Assembly (NCBI GenBank): GCA_032718475.1
Contig: JAUCBJ010007525.1
Span: 1 to 64,000, forward strand
Direction of reading: 5' to 3'
Origin: Nemertoderma westbladi
Taxonomy: Eukaryota; Animalia; Xenacoelomorpha
DNA: 64,000 bases
Shown: positions 45,473 through 55,819 of the stretch, in pieces
How positions within the stretch are numbered: the stretch's first letter is position 1
Layout: each line of letters opens with the position of its first letter
Position numbers and translations under genes: made by a program
The notes under the pieces: model-generated
Told to the model about the DNA's origin: nothing
The model's database searches: none
What the model saw: only the letters and a program-made list of their open reading frames with translations

Positions 45473-46759
45473 TCATTGTCGGTGTTCCTCGATGTCCGCG
45501 ATAATTATAGCCCGAGTTTTTTTTGGTTGCGCTTTTGATTTTGAAAGGCATTTCTTGGAGAAATGTCCGGATCGACCACAATTATGACAGGCTACTCCAA
45601 TTGCTTTGCACGGGTTGCTGTCATCGTGTGGCCATTCTTTGCCACATTTAATACACTCGGGTTTCTTAGGTGTCTCCTTTTCCCGCTGTTGTGAGCGGGA
45701 CTTTCCTTTATATTTTTTTGAATATTTTCTACCTCGAGTTCCACTTCCATCAGATTCGCGGCCCCAGTTTATCGAGTCCACCACGTTTACTTTGTGCCGT
45801 AGGCGTTCCTCATCCCGAGCCGCGAGTTCCTCGGTACGGCAAAAGTCGACCGTCGCTTCGCGCGACAGTTCTGGTTTCTTGGCGAGGAGTTTTTGACGAG
45901 TTTCATCGTCCCGAATCCCACAAATGATAAGTGTGGCGATCCACTCATCTTTCGTCATGGCCTCGATGTTGGCGTCATCGGCCATTTCGCAAAGTTGAAT
46001 GTAATAGTCATTGAATGACTCCTTGTCACCCTGACGTTGTCGAATGAGTTTGTATCGATTGACAGTTACGATTTGTTGAGTGCGGAGGTGTTCGTGTATT
46101 GCAGCCAGAACCTCCCCCATCATTTTATCTGTATCCTGGGGAATATTGATGGCGTAGTAGACCCGATTTAAAAAGTCGGGACTGCAATACGTGAAGAAGG
46201 TGGCAACCTGATCCTGCCTAGGTTTACTCTCCAGTTTCGTTATTCTCGCGTAATTTCGCCACCCGACCTCCCACCTTTTAAACGCTTTAAATTCAATCTC
46301 GTCTTCAATGAGACTGGGAGGACGTACTGTAAGTTTAGTACCGTCTCTCCCACCAGAATTGGATGCCGTAAATTCCTGGTTGTTTCTGCCGGAATATAAA
46401 GTTGTATCGGCGATGTGATCGGTATGGAGAGCTTCTAAAAGTCGAGCCTGTTGTTCCTCGTGGCGGGTTTGGAGCATGTCCATTTGGGCGAACAATGCCT
46501 GCTGTTGCTGTGCTAGCAATGCGGCAATGGTATCGGATCCAATTCCAGTTATAGTTGCCTTCGCCGCTTCGGGCGAATCCCCCTCGAGGAAGTTTACCAG
46601 GTGTTTTTTAAGGACTTTAGAGGACGTGCGATCATTGAATGGTAGACCTGCGTTTCTGAGGTGTATCTTTAATGTCTCGCGAGGTATATCCGCAACCTCG
46701 TCTGGGTCGAGGTTTAGTGTATCGTCCTCGGTAGGCGGGTCCATATTTGTTCCGATCAC
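45473..46759 (-). CDS. gag: Gypsy Gag
   Basis: RQRQGDKESFNDY, ICGIRD, knuckles CIKCGKEWPH..C and CHNCGRSGHFSKKC. Confidence 0.9.
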   Translation of the reverse strand: MIGTNMDPPTEDDTLNLDPDEVADIPRETLKIHLRNAGLPFNDRTSSKVLKKHLVNFLEGDSPEAAKATITGIGSDTIAALLAQQQQALFAQMDMLQTRHEEQQARLLEALHTDHIADTTLYSGRNNQEFTASNSGGRDGTKLTVRPPSLIEDEIEFKAFKRWEVGWRNYARITKLESKPRQDQVATFFTYCSPDFLNRVYYAINIPQDTDKMMGEVLAAIHEHLRTQQIVTVNRYKLIRQRQGDKESFNDYYIQLCEMADDANIEAMTKDEWIATLIICGIRDDETRQKLLAKKPELSREATVDFCRTEELAARDEERLRHKVNVVDSINWGRESDGSGTRGRKYSKKYKGKSRSQQREKETPKKPECIKCGKEWPHDDSNPCKAIGVACHNCGRSGHFSKKCLSKSKAQPKKTRAIIIADIEEHRQ

Positions 46760-47858
46760 AAGTTAAAATTCCAAATTCCTTTGAATACGCTAATGCTGTA
46801 ATATCCGGTTATAAATTATAAATTGCTACCTCAAACTGTGCCATGGTATGTATCGTACCGCGTGGTTAAGCAAATGCATAATTAATCAGATATTGTATAA
46901 TGTTCTGATACACAGTCAGACAGTGTTGTGTCAACCAAGTACGGGTACGGTACTCATAACTAGTAGTAGTATACATTACATGGTTCCTCAACCAAGGTCA
47001 CCCGTAGTCCATCATTACCATCCATTTCTGGTACTGCAGCCAATCAGAAGCCACCATTTCAACCTTTTGCAGTGGTCGTTATTATTTCAACCAATCAGAT
47101 GTCAGCATTTCATCCGTAACCATGGTAACTTCTCAAGTTCCCGCTTATTCCGCTAGAGGCGTTATTAGTCACCCAACGCTAGTACTGCATCCAATCACCA
47201 ACCTTTATTTTACAGGTGTTCGGGTGTCTACACTTAGCATCAGGTAACTTCTATTATTTTTCAAATCGCAATTTTTCACCAAACATTGCATATTCATCTT
47301 CACATAGCCTAACCTCACGATGTATGGCTAGCCCCCATCCCATCGCTACTCAATCCACAGCTGTTACCCACCCAACCAACCAATCAACAGCGATGTTTGC
47401 CTAACCCTACGGTTATTCACCTTTTCACCACGTTACCGCCACTACCACGTTACCACCACCACTGTATACTGTATATGGTGACGACGTGGCCACCAACTAC
47501 TCGCATCGTGCATATATTATATTATATCGATTGCTAACTCCACGACACCCGTCGCCAAACCAACAAACCAACCACTCAGTATGATACATGAGATTCCGTC
47601 ACGTTCCAGCTATGCGTATACGAGTATTAGTGATTATTATTACGCAATAATTTTTTTTGATTATACAGTAGTTCCCTACCAGCTAATCAACCAATCAATA
47701 AACCAAATTTAGGCTATTTTTCAGTTGAAGACCTGTATTATTTTTGAAAATATCTTATATATAATCTCTTGCTTTAATCGCAATTAATCATTTGTAATGG
47801 TTTTAGTTTAAAAAGTTTTTACTTTGTTTGTTTGATTTACAATAAAATTAATTAAATA

Positions 47859-48302
47859 ATGTCTTCTGATTCCAATATGGTTATGCCAATAGTAAGGCAT
47901 TCATTTTTCGCAGAAGATGGTGAAGCCTATATTGTTATTGATCATACAATTTACCGTCAAGGAGATGATAAATATAAAATTGAATTTTCTGAAAAAGCCA
48001 GGAAAGTTTTAAGCTCAATTGATATTGATGCTTCTGATAATAGTATTCATCTTTTAGATTACAACCTGAAAGCTGAGCATGGGGGAAAATTAACCAACAT
48101 CTTACTATTATCCATGATAGAGGGGTTTATTGTTATTACACAATACAACGAAGCTGGTGAAAAGTTTGAAATACGGCTAAATCGGCATAGCCCCTACGAA
48201 ATTATGTCTTTCTTTATTGTAATGATTTCAAAAGAATCCTTTGTCGAACCTGAAGAATCAGCGGATAATGTTGAATATGTTGATAATATCATTGATTCTT
48301 GA
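47859..48302 (+). CDS. Polinton hypothetical protein (147 aa)
   Basis: Open ORF with a homologous decayed copy at 41063-41500. Confidence 0.7.
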   Translation: MSSDSNMVMPIVRHSFFAEDGEAYIVIDHTIYRQGDDKYKIEFSEKARKVLSSIDIDASDNSIHLLDYNLKAEHGGKLTNILLLSMIEGFIVITQYNEAGEKFEIRLNRHSPYEIMSFFIVMISKESFVEPEESADNVEYVDNIIDS

Positions 48303-48467
48303 CTTTTCCCCCTATATTATAAATATTTTATGATTATATATAAAATTTTGTTGTTTTTAAATAATCGAAAATTGTAGTAGTATTTGTATATACAGTATAA
48401 CAGTTTTGTTTGTTGTTGTTGTTGTGTATTGTGGTAATTATTTTCAATTTACTTTAAAATTTGGAAA

Positions 48468-48920
48468 ATGGATATTTTAAATGAAAAATGTCCAGTTTGC
48501 TATTCTAAGTTATTGCAACAACATCGAGATTATTATAAATGTGAAAATAAACATGCAACTTGCGTACAATGTATTGTACAATATTCCGAAATGAATAATT
48601 ATTGTTCTAAAATTTGTCCTATTTGTCGCGCACCCATATCTAAGTTTAATATAAAGTTGGCAAGATACCAACCCTATTATTGGAAAGAGCTTCGCAATAT
48701 AACTTATATTTCTGCGAAAAGTAATGATCCGGGAGATTTATTTACAATCTTGGAGAATATTTTTTATAGAAACGTAGTACGACGCTGTTGCTACTATATT
48801 CCTTATTTTTTTAGCAGCGAACATAAAAAAATCATTAGCGCGAAATTTTCGGGAAGTGATTTCCAAACCGCCGATGTTACCTATCATTATTTCGTGTATA
48901 AAGATGCTCACCATGCTTGA
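48468..48920 (+). CDS. RING-finger (C3HC4-like) protein
   Basis: CPVC..CENKHATCVQC..CPICR. Confidence 0.75.
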   Translation: MDILNEKCPVCYSKLLQQHRDYYKCENKHATCVQCIVQYSEMNNYCSKICPICRAPISKFNIKLARYQPYYWKELRNITYISAKSNDPGDLFTILENIFYRNVVRRCCYYIPYFFSSEHKKIISAKFSGSDFQTADVTYHYFVYKDAHHA

Positions 48921-49171
48921 AATTACATCAGTCTATACTATAATTGGAAATAGCACCTTTTGCTGCAGCGAGCGTCACATACTGTAGTGGCGTCATATGT
49001 TAATTAAATATACAGTACTCTAATATTGTAGTTGCATCAATTATTGTTATATACATAGTAATGGTGTTGGTTTATTGATATTGATATTATATTATATTGT
49101 ATTGTTGATATATCTTAATAATAATAATAAATGGCTGACTTTAATTCAGGTCCATATAATTTAAACTTTCA

Positions 49172-49810
49172 ATGGGCACAAGTATGATAATTTCAGGGCC
49201 ATCTGGTTCCGGAAAGTCAACCTTTGTAAGCAATTTAATTAAACACAAGAATGGTTGTTTCAACGAAGCCCCCTTGCGAGTATTGTATTGTTACGGGAGC
49301 AATCCCCCGACTATTCCCGGTATTACTCACCTTTACAAAGGCTTGCCTGAAAATATAGATAGTTTAGTGAATAGTCGAGATTTATTAATTATAGATGATT
49401 TGTTAACAGAAACTGAGTCCAGTACAGCTTTAACTGTATTGTTTACTAAGGTAGCTCATCATTCCAATATATTTATTTGTTTTATAACGCAAAACATGTT
49501 TTACGGTGGGAAGCATAACCGCACAAGATCAATTAATAGCCATACTTTAGTATTAATGAAAAATCCGAGAGACAGTCTATCGGTTTTAAATTTCGCGAAG
49601 CAGATGTTACCAGGGCAGACCAAATTTTTAGTTGATTCCTATCAAGATGCGTCAATTCAACCATTTTCACATTTCTTAATTGATTTACGACAGGAAACAC
49701 CCGAACATTTAAGATTTAGATCTGATATATTTCGTAATCATAATTGTTACATTAAAAATTACACTGACTATAAACGTAGCGAAAATAATAATAATAATAA
49801 TGATAAATAA
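49172..49810 (+). CDS. A32/FtsK-like DNA packaging ATPase
   Basis: GPSGSGKS, LLIIDD, ITQN, KNPRD; the upstream ATG at 49131 is out of frame by 1 nt relative to the paralog at 40342. Confidence 0.92.
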   Translation: MGTSMIISGPSGSGKSTFVSNLIKHKNGCFNEAPLRVLYCYGSNPPTIPGITHLYKGLPENIDSLVNSRDLLIIDDLLTETESSTALTVLFTKVAHHSNIFICFITQNMFYGGKHNRTRSINSHTLVLMKNPRDSLSVLNFAKQMLPGQTKFLVDSYQDASIQPFSHFLIDLRQETPEHLRFRSDIFRNHNCYIKNYTDYKRSENNNNNNDK

Positions 49811-49847
49811 TTAATATTTTGTAACAATTTTCAATAATGTTGCAACA

Positions 49848-50231
49848 ATGAATAGACTTGTGCAGAAATATCGTAACGAACTGGAATTTCTACGCAGCGC
49901 TACCCCTCAACAAAGAACTTATTTTATTAACCATACCGCCAGTAACGAATTAATACGGCTCATTGTAAATACTGCATTAAATGTTCTAAAAGGTAATGTA
50001 CAATTGACCCCTCATTCATTTAGAAATATTCGCCACTATAAGAAGGTATTGAAATCACTCAACCGTAAAACAAAAAATATATCAAGTTACAGAAAAAAGT
50101 TAAGCAATCAATCTGGAGGCATACTACCGTTTCTAATACCCTTACTCGGCATTGGTGCGAAACTCGCAGCGAGTGCCGGTGCCGCTGCCGCGGGGGCTGC
50201 TATTGCGAAAAAAATTAACCGTGGACGGTAA
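49848..50231 (+). CDS. Small basic virion-type protein with QSGG site and hydrophobic tail
   Basis: NVLKGNVQLT..LSNQSGG-ILPFLIPLLGIG; xGG resembles adenain cleavage sites. Confidence 0.7.
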   Translation: MNRLVQKYRNELEFLRSATPQQRTYFINHTASNELIRLIVNTALNVLKGNVQLTPHSFRNIRHYKKVLKSLNRKTKNISSYRKKLSNQSGGILPFLIPLLGIGAKLAASAGAAAAGAAIAKKINRGR

Positions 50232-50233
50232 TA

Positions 50234-50404
50234 ATGGTTAAAACGGGAGTAACATTTAGAAAATTATATTTAGTATCGAGTAAACCGTTAGCTGCTGATT
50301 TAAAACCACAAGATATACCTAGAGTAAATACTACAAAAAGAAAACCCTTTAAAACATCAACTTCGAAGAAAATAATTAAAAAATTTCAGTTGTTCTTACG
50401 GTGA
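50234..50404 (+). CDS. Small basic ORF (56 aa, RKLYLV motif)
   Basis: MVKTGVTFRKLYLVSSKPL..; conserved in the older copy (MVKMEVTLRKLYLVLSKPL); below the ORF-track cutoff. Confidence 0.5.
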   Translation: MVKTGVTFRKLYLVSSKPLAADLKPQDIPRVNTTKRKPFKTSTSKKIIKKFQLFLR

Positions 50405-50455
50405 TGCCCTTTATAAGAGATTTGAATATACATATTACTTGCGGTTGTCGAAAAG

Positions 50456-51547
50456 ATGCCTCGCAAGATGAAACCGATTCTAAGCCGAAGCTTAGACAAA
50501 AAACTGTTAAGAATTTATTTAGATCCTTCATCCCCCGCGGGATTTGCAAGTGTTGCAAAATTAGCAAAAGCTGCAAACATCAAACCAGCGCAAGCCCAGA
50601 AATGGTTGAGCGGACAAAAGGCATACACCCTTCACGCTCCACGTAGACAACATTATCCAACATCTAAAATATTTACGGGAGGCATAAAAGATATATATAT
50701 GATAGATCTGGTGGATATGCAGCAATATAAATCGCAAAATAATCATTATAACTATATATTAACGTGCATTGATGCCTTCAGTCGGCTTGCTTTTGCCTAT
50801 GCTATGAAAACAAAAAAGGGTGTTGAAATTATTAGTATATTGCAAAAAATATTCCAGAAAGGAAAACCAAACAGAATCGCCACAGATCAAGGTTCTGAGT
50901 TTCTAAATAAATCTGTAAGGAAATATTTAGATACGTTAGGTATACAGTATTACGTAATGTATTCTGTGAATAAGGCGGCTATTGTCGAGAGATTCAACAG
51001 AACCTTAAAAACAAAGATGTTCAAAATTTTCACGCAAAGGGGAAATAATATTTGGATAAAAATTTTACCTAAGCTTATCTCGGCTTATAATAGGTCGTAT
51101 CATAGGACAATAAAAATGACACCTATTGAAGTTAATAAATTTAATGAAACTGAATTAATGAATAGATTATATGGGAAATATAGACAGATAAATCACAAGA
51201 AAATAAAATTTAAAGTTGGAGATACAGTACGATTATCTATTGCTCGTACTGCTTTTGCTAAAGGCTATCGAGAACAATGGACACGTGAATTATTTATTAT
51301 TCATCGTGTCAGGTTGGATAGAGTACCAGCGGTAATGTTCGATATTAAGGACAGCGCCGTAGCTATAATAAAGGGCTCATTTTATTCTCACGAACTCCAA
51401 AAGATCCACCCGAATAGTAATATTTATCTAGCAATTGACAAAAAAAATATTGGCAAACTTAAAGAACGTGTACGCAATGGGAAGAAAGAATATTTAGTCC
51501 GATTCATCGGATCCAAGAAACAGTCCTGGGTACAGCATATTCAATAA
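50456..51547 (+). CDS. int: Retroviral-like DDE integrase with chromodomain-like C-terminus
   Basis: IDLVDM, IDAFSR, TDQGSEF, VERFNRTLK, FKVGDTVR, KKEYLVRFIG..SWV. Confidence 0.95.
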   Translation: MPRKMKPILSRSLDKKLLRIYLDPSSPAGFASVAKLAKAANIKPAQAQKWLSGQKAYTLHAPRRQHYPTSKIFTGGIKDIYMIDLVDMQQYKSQNNHYNYILTCIDAFSRLAFAYAMKTKKGVEIISILQKIFQKGKPNRIATDQGSEFLNKSVRKYLDTLGIQYYVMYSVNKAAIVERFNRTLKTKMFKIFTQRGNNIWIKILPKLISAYNRSYHRTIKMTPIEVNKFNETELMNRLYGKYRQINHKKIKFKVGDTVRLSIARTAFAKGYREQWTRELFIIHRVRLDRVPAVMFDIKDSAVAIIKGSFYSHELQKIHPNSNIYLAIDKKNIGKLKERVRNGKKEYLVRFIGSKKQSWVQHIQ

Positions 51548-51795
51548 GCTTAGGTTTATACTGTATATTAATTCATTTTGGTCGCATATGACCGTAATTA
51601 ATCAATAATATTAACTCGAATGATATTACTATATCTATAGTTCATCCGCTTTAAATAAAGCCAGTAAAATATTGATCCCTCGCATATACTGTAGAAGATG
51701 AGGCAATGAACGTGGTCACAGATGTCTATAATTTAACATTATACTGTATGTACAAAGGAGTCAAGTAGAGAGAGCGAGCTTAAATAATAATAATA

Positions 51796-52668
51796 ATGGG
51801 CACAGATACATATATCACTCTACTTTCAGATAGTTCATTAAACACTTACCCCAATAATAATCCTAGCGAGTTTACTGTTGATTTAGCTGAAGAATTATAT
51901 ATTGGTCCAAACGCCAAAATTGGGCTTGCTGAACTTCAATATCAAGCAACATACAGTAATATTACGCTGCAAACTCAAATTTCGCTGTCAATCGGGGTAG
52001 ATGCAAAAGATGCCAAATTATATAGTTTATTTCCTGGTATGCATAACTCTATTCAAGTCATTATTGATGATATAAATAAACTGTTTAATTCTGAAGCGAA
52101 ATATAGAGATTTCGAATTCATTTTTAATACAAATAATTCTAGAATTAAATTTAAATTTCCTAAAAAGTTGAAAAAAATACAATTAAGTCTACGTGGTGAT
52201 TTAATACAAATTCTAGGCTTAAAACCGTTATTGGATCGGAATCATCCGGATATTCCGAATTGGGATATATACAGTACCACTACAGTAGATGAATTAAGCA
52301 ATATAGAACAGCCAATATTAATTTTAAATTATAGCGGGCCAAAAATTTCGGAAATTGGTAATTTAGATTTTCCAGCTCCCACGAATATAACTCATAATAA
52401 AGACACTATCTTTATATACACAGATATTATTAAGAGCTCATTTGTTGGCGACGCTTTAGCACCGCTCTTAAGAACCTGTCCTTTAACGCAATTAAATCGA
52501 AAATATATTAATCACGAATACGAGAGCATTTGCTATTACCCGTTGTTGAATAAAAAACTAAAAACAATCTTAATTACTTTACGTGACGGCCAAGGCCAAT
52601 TAATTAACTTCAGCGGAGGTCGCACTGTTATAACACTTAAGTTAATACGGGGTGGCGGTGATGGATGA
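51796..52668 (+). CDS. Minor capsid (penton-like) protein 1
   Basis: YITLLSDSS..YPNN..F.V.L, IYTDII..VGD..PLLR, YYPL, ITLRD..G.LINF. Confidence 0.8.
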   Translation: MGTDTYITLLSDSSLNTYPNNNPSEFTVDLAEELYIGPNAKIGLAELQYQATYSNITLQTQISLSIGVDAKDAKLYSLFPGMHNSIQVIIDDINKLFNSEAKYRDFEFIFNTNNSRIKFKFPKKLKKIQLSLRGDLIQILGLKPLLDRNHPDIPNWDIYSTTTVDELSNIEQPILILNYSGPKISEIGNLDFPAPTNITHNKDTIFIYTDIIKSSFVGDALAPLLRTCPLTQLNRKYINHEYESICYYPLLNKKLKTILITLRDGQGQLINFSGGRTVITLKLIRGGGDG

Positions 52669-53506
52669 GTTCTACGTTAGACTACCAAGTAATTCCTGTC
52701 CAATTGATTTTCCCCGCAATAGCGCTAGTAATTATCAGATAAATTTCCACGGCGCCTTACCTATAAATCCAAACGAAAACTGGGTGGTAGGTATAAAAAG
52801 TATATTTTACTTAGCAACGTTACCGTCCATGTATAACAATGTAGAGAATGTTATTTTATTAAAAAAAGGAAAAAAAAATTTTGAGGATACACTTCCATCC
52901 GGTTTGTTCTACAGTATCAATGACATTATAGATTATTTTAACACGGGGGCATTGAAAGATAAATTACAAATAGTTGAAAATACTCAGCAAAATAGGTTGC
53001 AATTTATTTTAGGGAAAACTGTGCAAGAGTTATTTATAGGTCAACAATTAGCCTATTATTTTGGAATTACTGAAAATAATCTCGGCGCGAATTTAAATCC
53101 AAATTTTAAAATTATTTTGAAGACGAAAAATAATATAAAGGGTTATTTAATAAAGGTTATCGGAAATGGAGAAAAAGCTTACCAGATGGTATTTTTATGC
53201 CCTCAACCACCCAATTCTATTCCAGAACCTAAGTCGAACATGTACGTGACTACTAATATAATTGAAAATCAATATATTAATGACTTTGGTTTAGCTTTAC
53301 TTCGTCGTGTTGCGATACCTGATGATGTGAAATATGGTAGCGTAATAAATAAAGAATTTGTCAAGGATACAATTCATTATATCCCTGTAAAAAAATCATA
53401 TAAGATAACATACATTCATATTGAAGTAACAGACAAAGAAGGAAAAGATTTGAATTTTGAATACGGCACAACTTCTATTATATTACACTTTAAACGTATA
53501 AATTAA
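52661..53506 (+). CDS. Minor capsid (penton-like) protein 2
   Basis: FYVRLPSNS..FPRN, WVVGI, YVTTNII..LLRRV, YIPV, IEVTD..G..LNF..LHFKR; ATG at 52661 overlaps the previous ORF end. Confidence 0.8.
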   Translation: MDEFYVRLPSNSCPIDFPRNSASNYQINFHGALPINPNENWVVGIKSIFYLATLPSMYNNVENVILLKKGKKNFEDTLPSGLFYSINDIIDYFNTGALKDKLQIVENTQQNRLQFILGKTVQELFIGQQLAYYFGITENNLGANLNPNFKIILKTKNNIKGYLIKVIGNGEKAYQMVFLCPQPPNSIPEPKSNMYVTTNIIENQYINDFGLALLRRVAIPDDVKYGSVINKEFVKDTIHYIPVKKSYKITYIHIEVTDKEGKDLNFEYGTTSIILHFKRIN

Positions 53507-53507
53507 A

Positions 53508-54068
53508 ATGGATTCTGATTTATTTCAAAGATACAGTAAACCTCAATATGGGGGTTCAGACTCGAATCTTGCTGTTTTTAAAGGCGGAAGAAGTACCAGA
53601 GGTTCGACGCAAGTTCCTCTTTTTCGAGGTGGTTCATATATTGACCCTTACGGTCAACAAATTGGCACATTTGGTCCAAACTTAAAACAACGTCGTTTTC
53701 AGCGTTATCGTAGAGGTATGCAGGCAAATCAACACGGAGAAGGTATATTTACAGACGCTTTATCGACATTGAAAAAATTTGGTAAGCCATTAGCTAAAAA
53801 AGTTTTACAGAAAGCTTTACCATTTACCACAAAATTTATGAGACAACACGTAATACCAAAAGGTAAGCGGGTCTTACATCAGCAGGCTAATACGGTTATT
53901 AATAAAGCATTAAATAAAATGAAACCGTCAACAAGATCGGTTGTAGAAAAAGTTTATAGAGATTTAAAGCGACCCGCTAGACCAATGTCTATGAACATAC
54001 ATCATCGACGTAGTAAAAAGAGAAATATAAAGGGCAAACTGAAACACTGCGAAAAAAGTATTTTTTAA
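53508..54068 (+). CDS. Basic core-like virion protein precursor
   Basis: Repeated xGG/GxG sites (QYGG, FKGG, FRGG, QHGEG), K/R-rich, lies between penton and major capsid genes. Confidence 0.7.
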   Translation: MDSDLFQRYSKPQYGGSDSNLAVFKGGRSTRGSTQVPLFRGGSYIDPYGQQIGTFGPNLKQRRFQRYRRGMQANQHGEGIFTDALSTLKKFGKPLAKKVLQKALPFTTKFMRQHVIPKGKRVLHQQANTVINKALNKMKPSTRSVVEKVYRDLKRPARPMSMNIHHRRSKKRNIKGKLKHCEKSIF

Positions 54069-54070
54069 TA

Positions 54071-55330
54071 ATGTCAATTATTAAGGAATTAGATTTATTT
54101 TCTACACAGCCAATACAGACTGAATTTAAAGCAAAGCATTATGAAACAATTTACCCCGTATCTAATCTCAGAAGTGAATCTAGGGAGGTCACCTTCCTTG
54201 TACCCAGATCCAATGAATTCTATACGAAACTGCAAGACGCGTTATTAATTACAAAATGTACTGTACGCTGGGATAGACGACTTGAAAACTCTCATATATA
54301 TATGCTGAATTACCCCGCTGAAACTATGTGGAGTGATATTAAAATAGACCTTAATGAGAAGCAGGTTGAAAATAGCAATAACCATTATTTCCACAAGTCG
54401 TACTTATCCAATTTATTATTTACAACTTACGAGGATAAAAATGGGCTACTGGGTGCGGGTGGCTTTCATCAACCTTTATCTGAGCATGGAAATGAAATTG
54501 ATCCCGGCGCGCATCCTATTGCCGATGCCTTTAGTAAACAAATGCAATTTGTAAGTGGATTGACGATTGATTTTGATACTGAAACTAAAATAATACAACC
54601 CGGGTATGATTTAAGAATGCATTTTAGAAAAGTATCAAATTCGTTTATTTTTAAAATCACTCCAAACGCAAACGCCGTGACAAATCTTCGACTAGAATTA
54701 GATGAAATAAAGATTCTAATCCCTAGAATAGAGGTTAATCCTGTAATAGAAAGCAGTCACCTAAAAGGTTTAGAGAGTTACGATATTGAATATCAATTCC
54801 AAAAAAAGGAGGTGACAACATTTACTATTCCCGCACAAACCACCAATTACACCCAAACAAACATATTTGATGGTAAAAAACCCAAATTAGTTATTATCGG
54901 CTTCATAACAAATAACTCTTATTCGGGAGAATTAATTAGCAATCCCTTGAAATTTGAACATTTTAACCTTAGACGCGCGGAACTGATTGTAGACGGTCTT
55001 CCAGTAGGGGGTGTAATATACGAGCCTAATTTTACAGATGGAACATATATTTTTGAGTATACTCAATTAATGAAAAACATTAATACATATATTAACGGTT
55101 ATGGAGGTAATAATATAGACCATGAAACCTACTTAGGTAATTGCCCCCTCTTATCCTGGGACCTAACTGCCGACGGCTATGTTAGAGATCCGCAACCCTC
55201 GATATATACTAACGGCCAATTAAAATTAAGATTTGCCGAACCGTTGGTTGAAACCATAAATGTAATCGTTTTTAATATTTATGATCAATCATTAAGTTTA
55301 AATAGCAGGAAAGAAATACATATCGATTAA
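54071..55330 (+). CDS. Major capsid protein (double jelly-roll, PY-like)
   Basis: ELDLFS..PIQT, YPVS, KPKLVIIGF, NPLKFEHFNL, WDLTAD, LRFAEPL motifs. Confidence 0.88.
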   Translation: MSIIKELDLFSTQPIQTEFKAKHYETIYPVSNLRSESREVTFLVPRSNEFYTKLQDALLITKCTVRWDRRLENSHIYMLNYPAETMWSDIKIDLNEKQVENSNNHYFHKSYLSNLLFTTYEDKNGLLGAGGFHQPLSEHGNEIDPGAHPIADAFSKQMQFVSGLTIDFDTETKIIQPGYDLRMHFRKVSNSFIFKITPNANAVTNLRLELDEIKILIPRIEVNPVIESSHLKGLESYDIEYQFQKKEVTTFTIPAQTTNYTQTNIFDGKKPKLVIIGFITNNSYSGELISNPLKFEHFNLRRAELIVDGLPVGGVIYEPNFTDGTYIFEYTQLMKNINTYINGYGGNNIDHETYLGNCPLLSWDLTADGYVRDPQPSIYTNGQLKLRFAEPLVETINVIVFNIYDQSLSLNSRKEIHID

Positions 55331-55332
55331 GT

Positions 55333-55788
55333 ATGTTATCTACAGAGGACCTTGATATGTTTCCAGTGGGTGGTCACTATTTGGGAGCGTTTCCAGCTAA
55401 CAAATTACCTAAATTAGATAATAATAATAAGCGGCAGGATTATGGCTTGATAGTAAATACCGATAAAGAGCATCTGCCTGGGATTCATTGGATCGCGATA
55501 TATATACGAGATAATGAGGCCGAAGTATTTGACTTGTTTGGACCAAAATATCCAAACAGATGCATCGAAAAATGGCTTGAGAAAAATTCCGCGAGGTGGC
55601 GTACTACTCGCAAACAATTTCAAGACCCCCGGAGGACCACATGCGGTCTGTACTGTCTGTATTATTTGGTAAATCGTATTCACACAATCTATCCAATGAG
55701 TGCATTTACAAATAATGTGGAAATAAATGAAATTATATTATATAAATGGCTTGTTAATTATTATAAATTAAACCAACAAACTTTGTAA
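55333..55788 (+). CDS. Adenain-like cysteine maturation protease
   Basis: IVNTD..PGIHWIAI, EVFD, QFQ..TTCGLYC (His/Asp/Gln/Cys). Confidence 0.92.
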   Translation: MLSTEDLDMFPVGGHYLGAFPANKLPKLDNNNKRQDYGLIVNTDKEHLPGIHWIAIYIRDNEAEVFDLFGPKYPNRCIEKWLEKNSARWRTTRKQFQDPRRTTCGLYCLYYLVNRIHTIYPMSAFTNNVEINEIILYKWLVNYYKLNQQTL

Positions 55789-55819
55789 TTAATTATTTAA
55801 CTTTTGTTTATCAGATAAA

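Larger units (their letters stand above)
41540..46961 (-). mobile_element. Ty3/Gypsy (Mag-like) LTR retrotransposon, defective
   Basis: LTRs 41540-42209 and 46844-46961 (truncated by Polinton); minus-strand PBS TGGCACAGTTT next to 46843; PPT CGGGGGAGT at 42218-42210. Confidence 0.92.
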
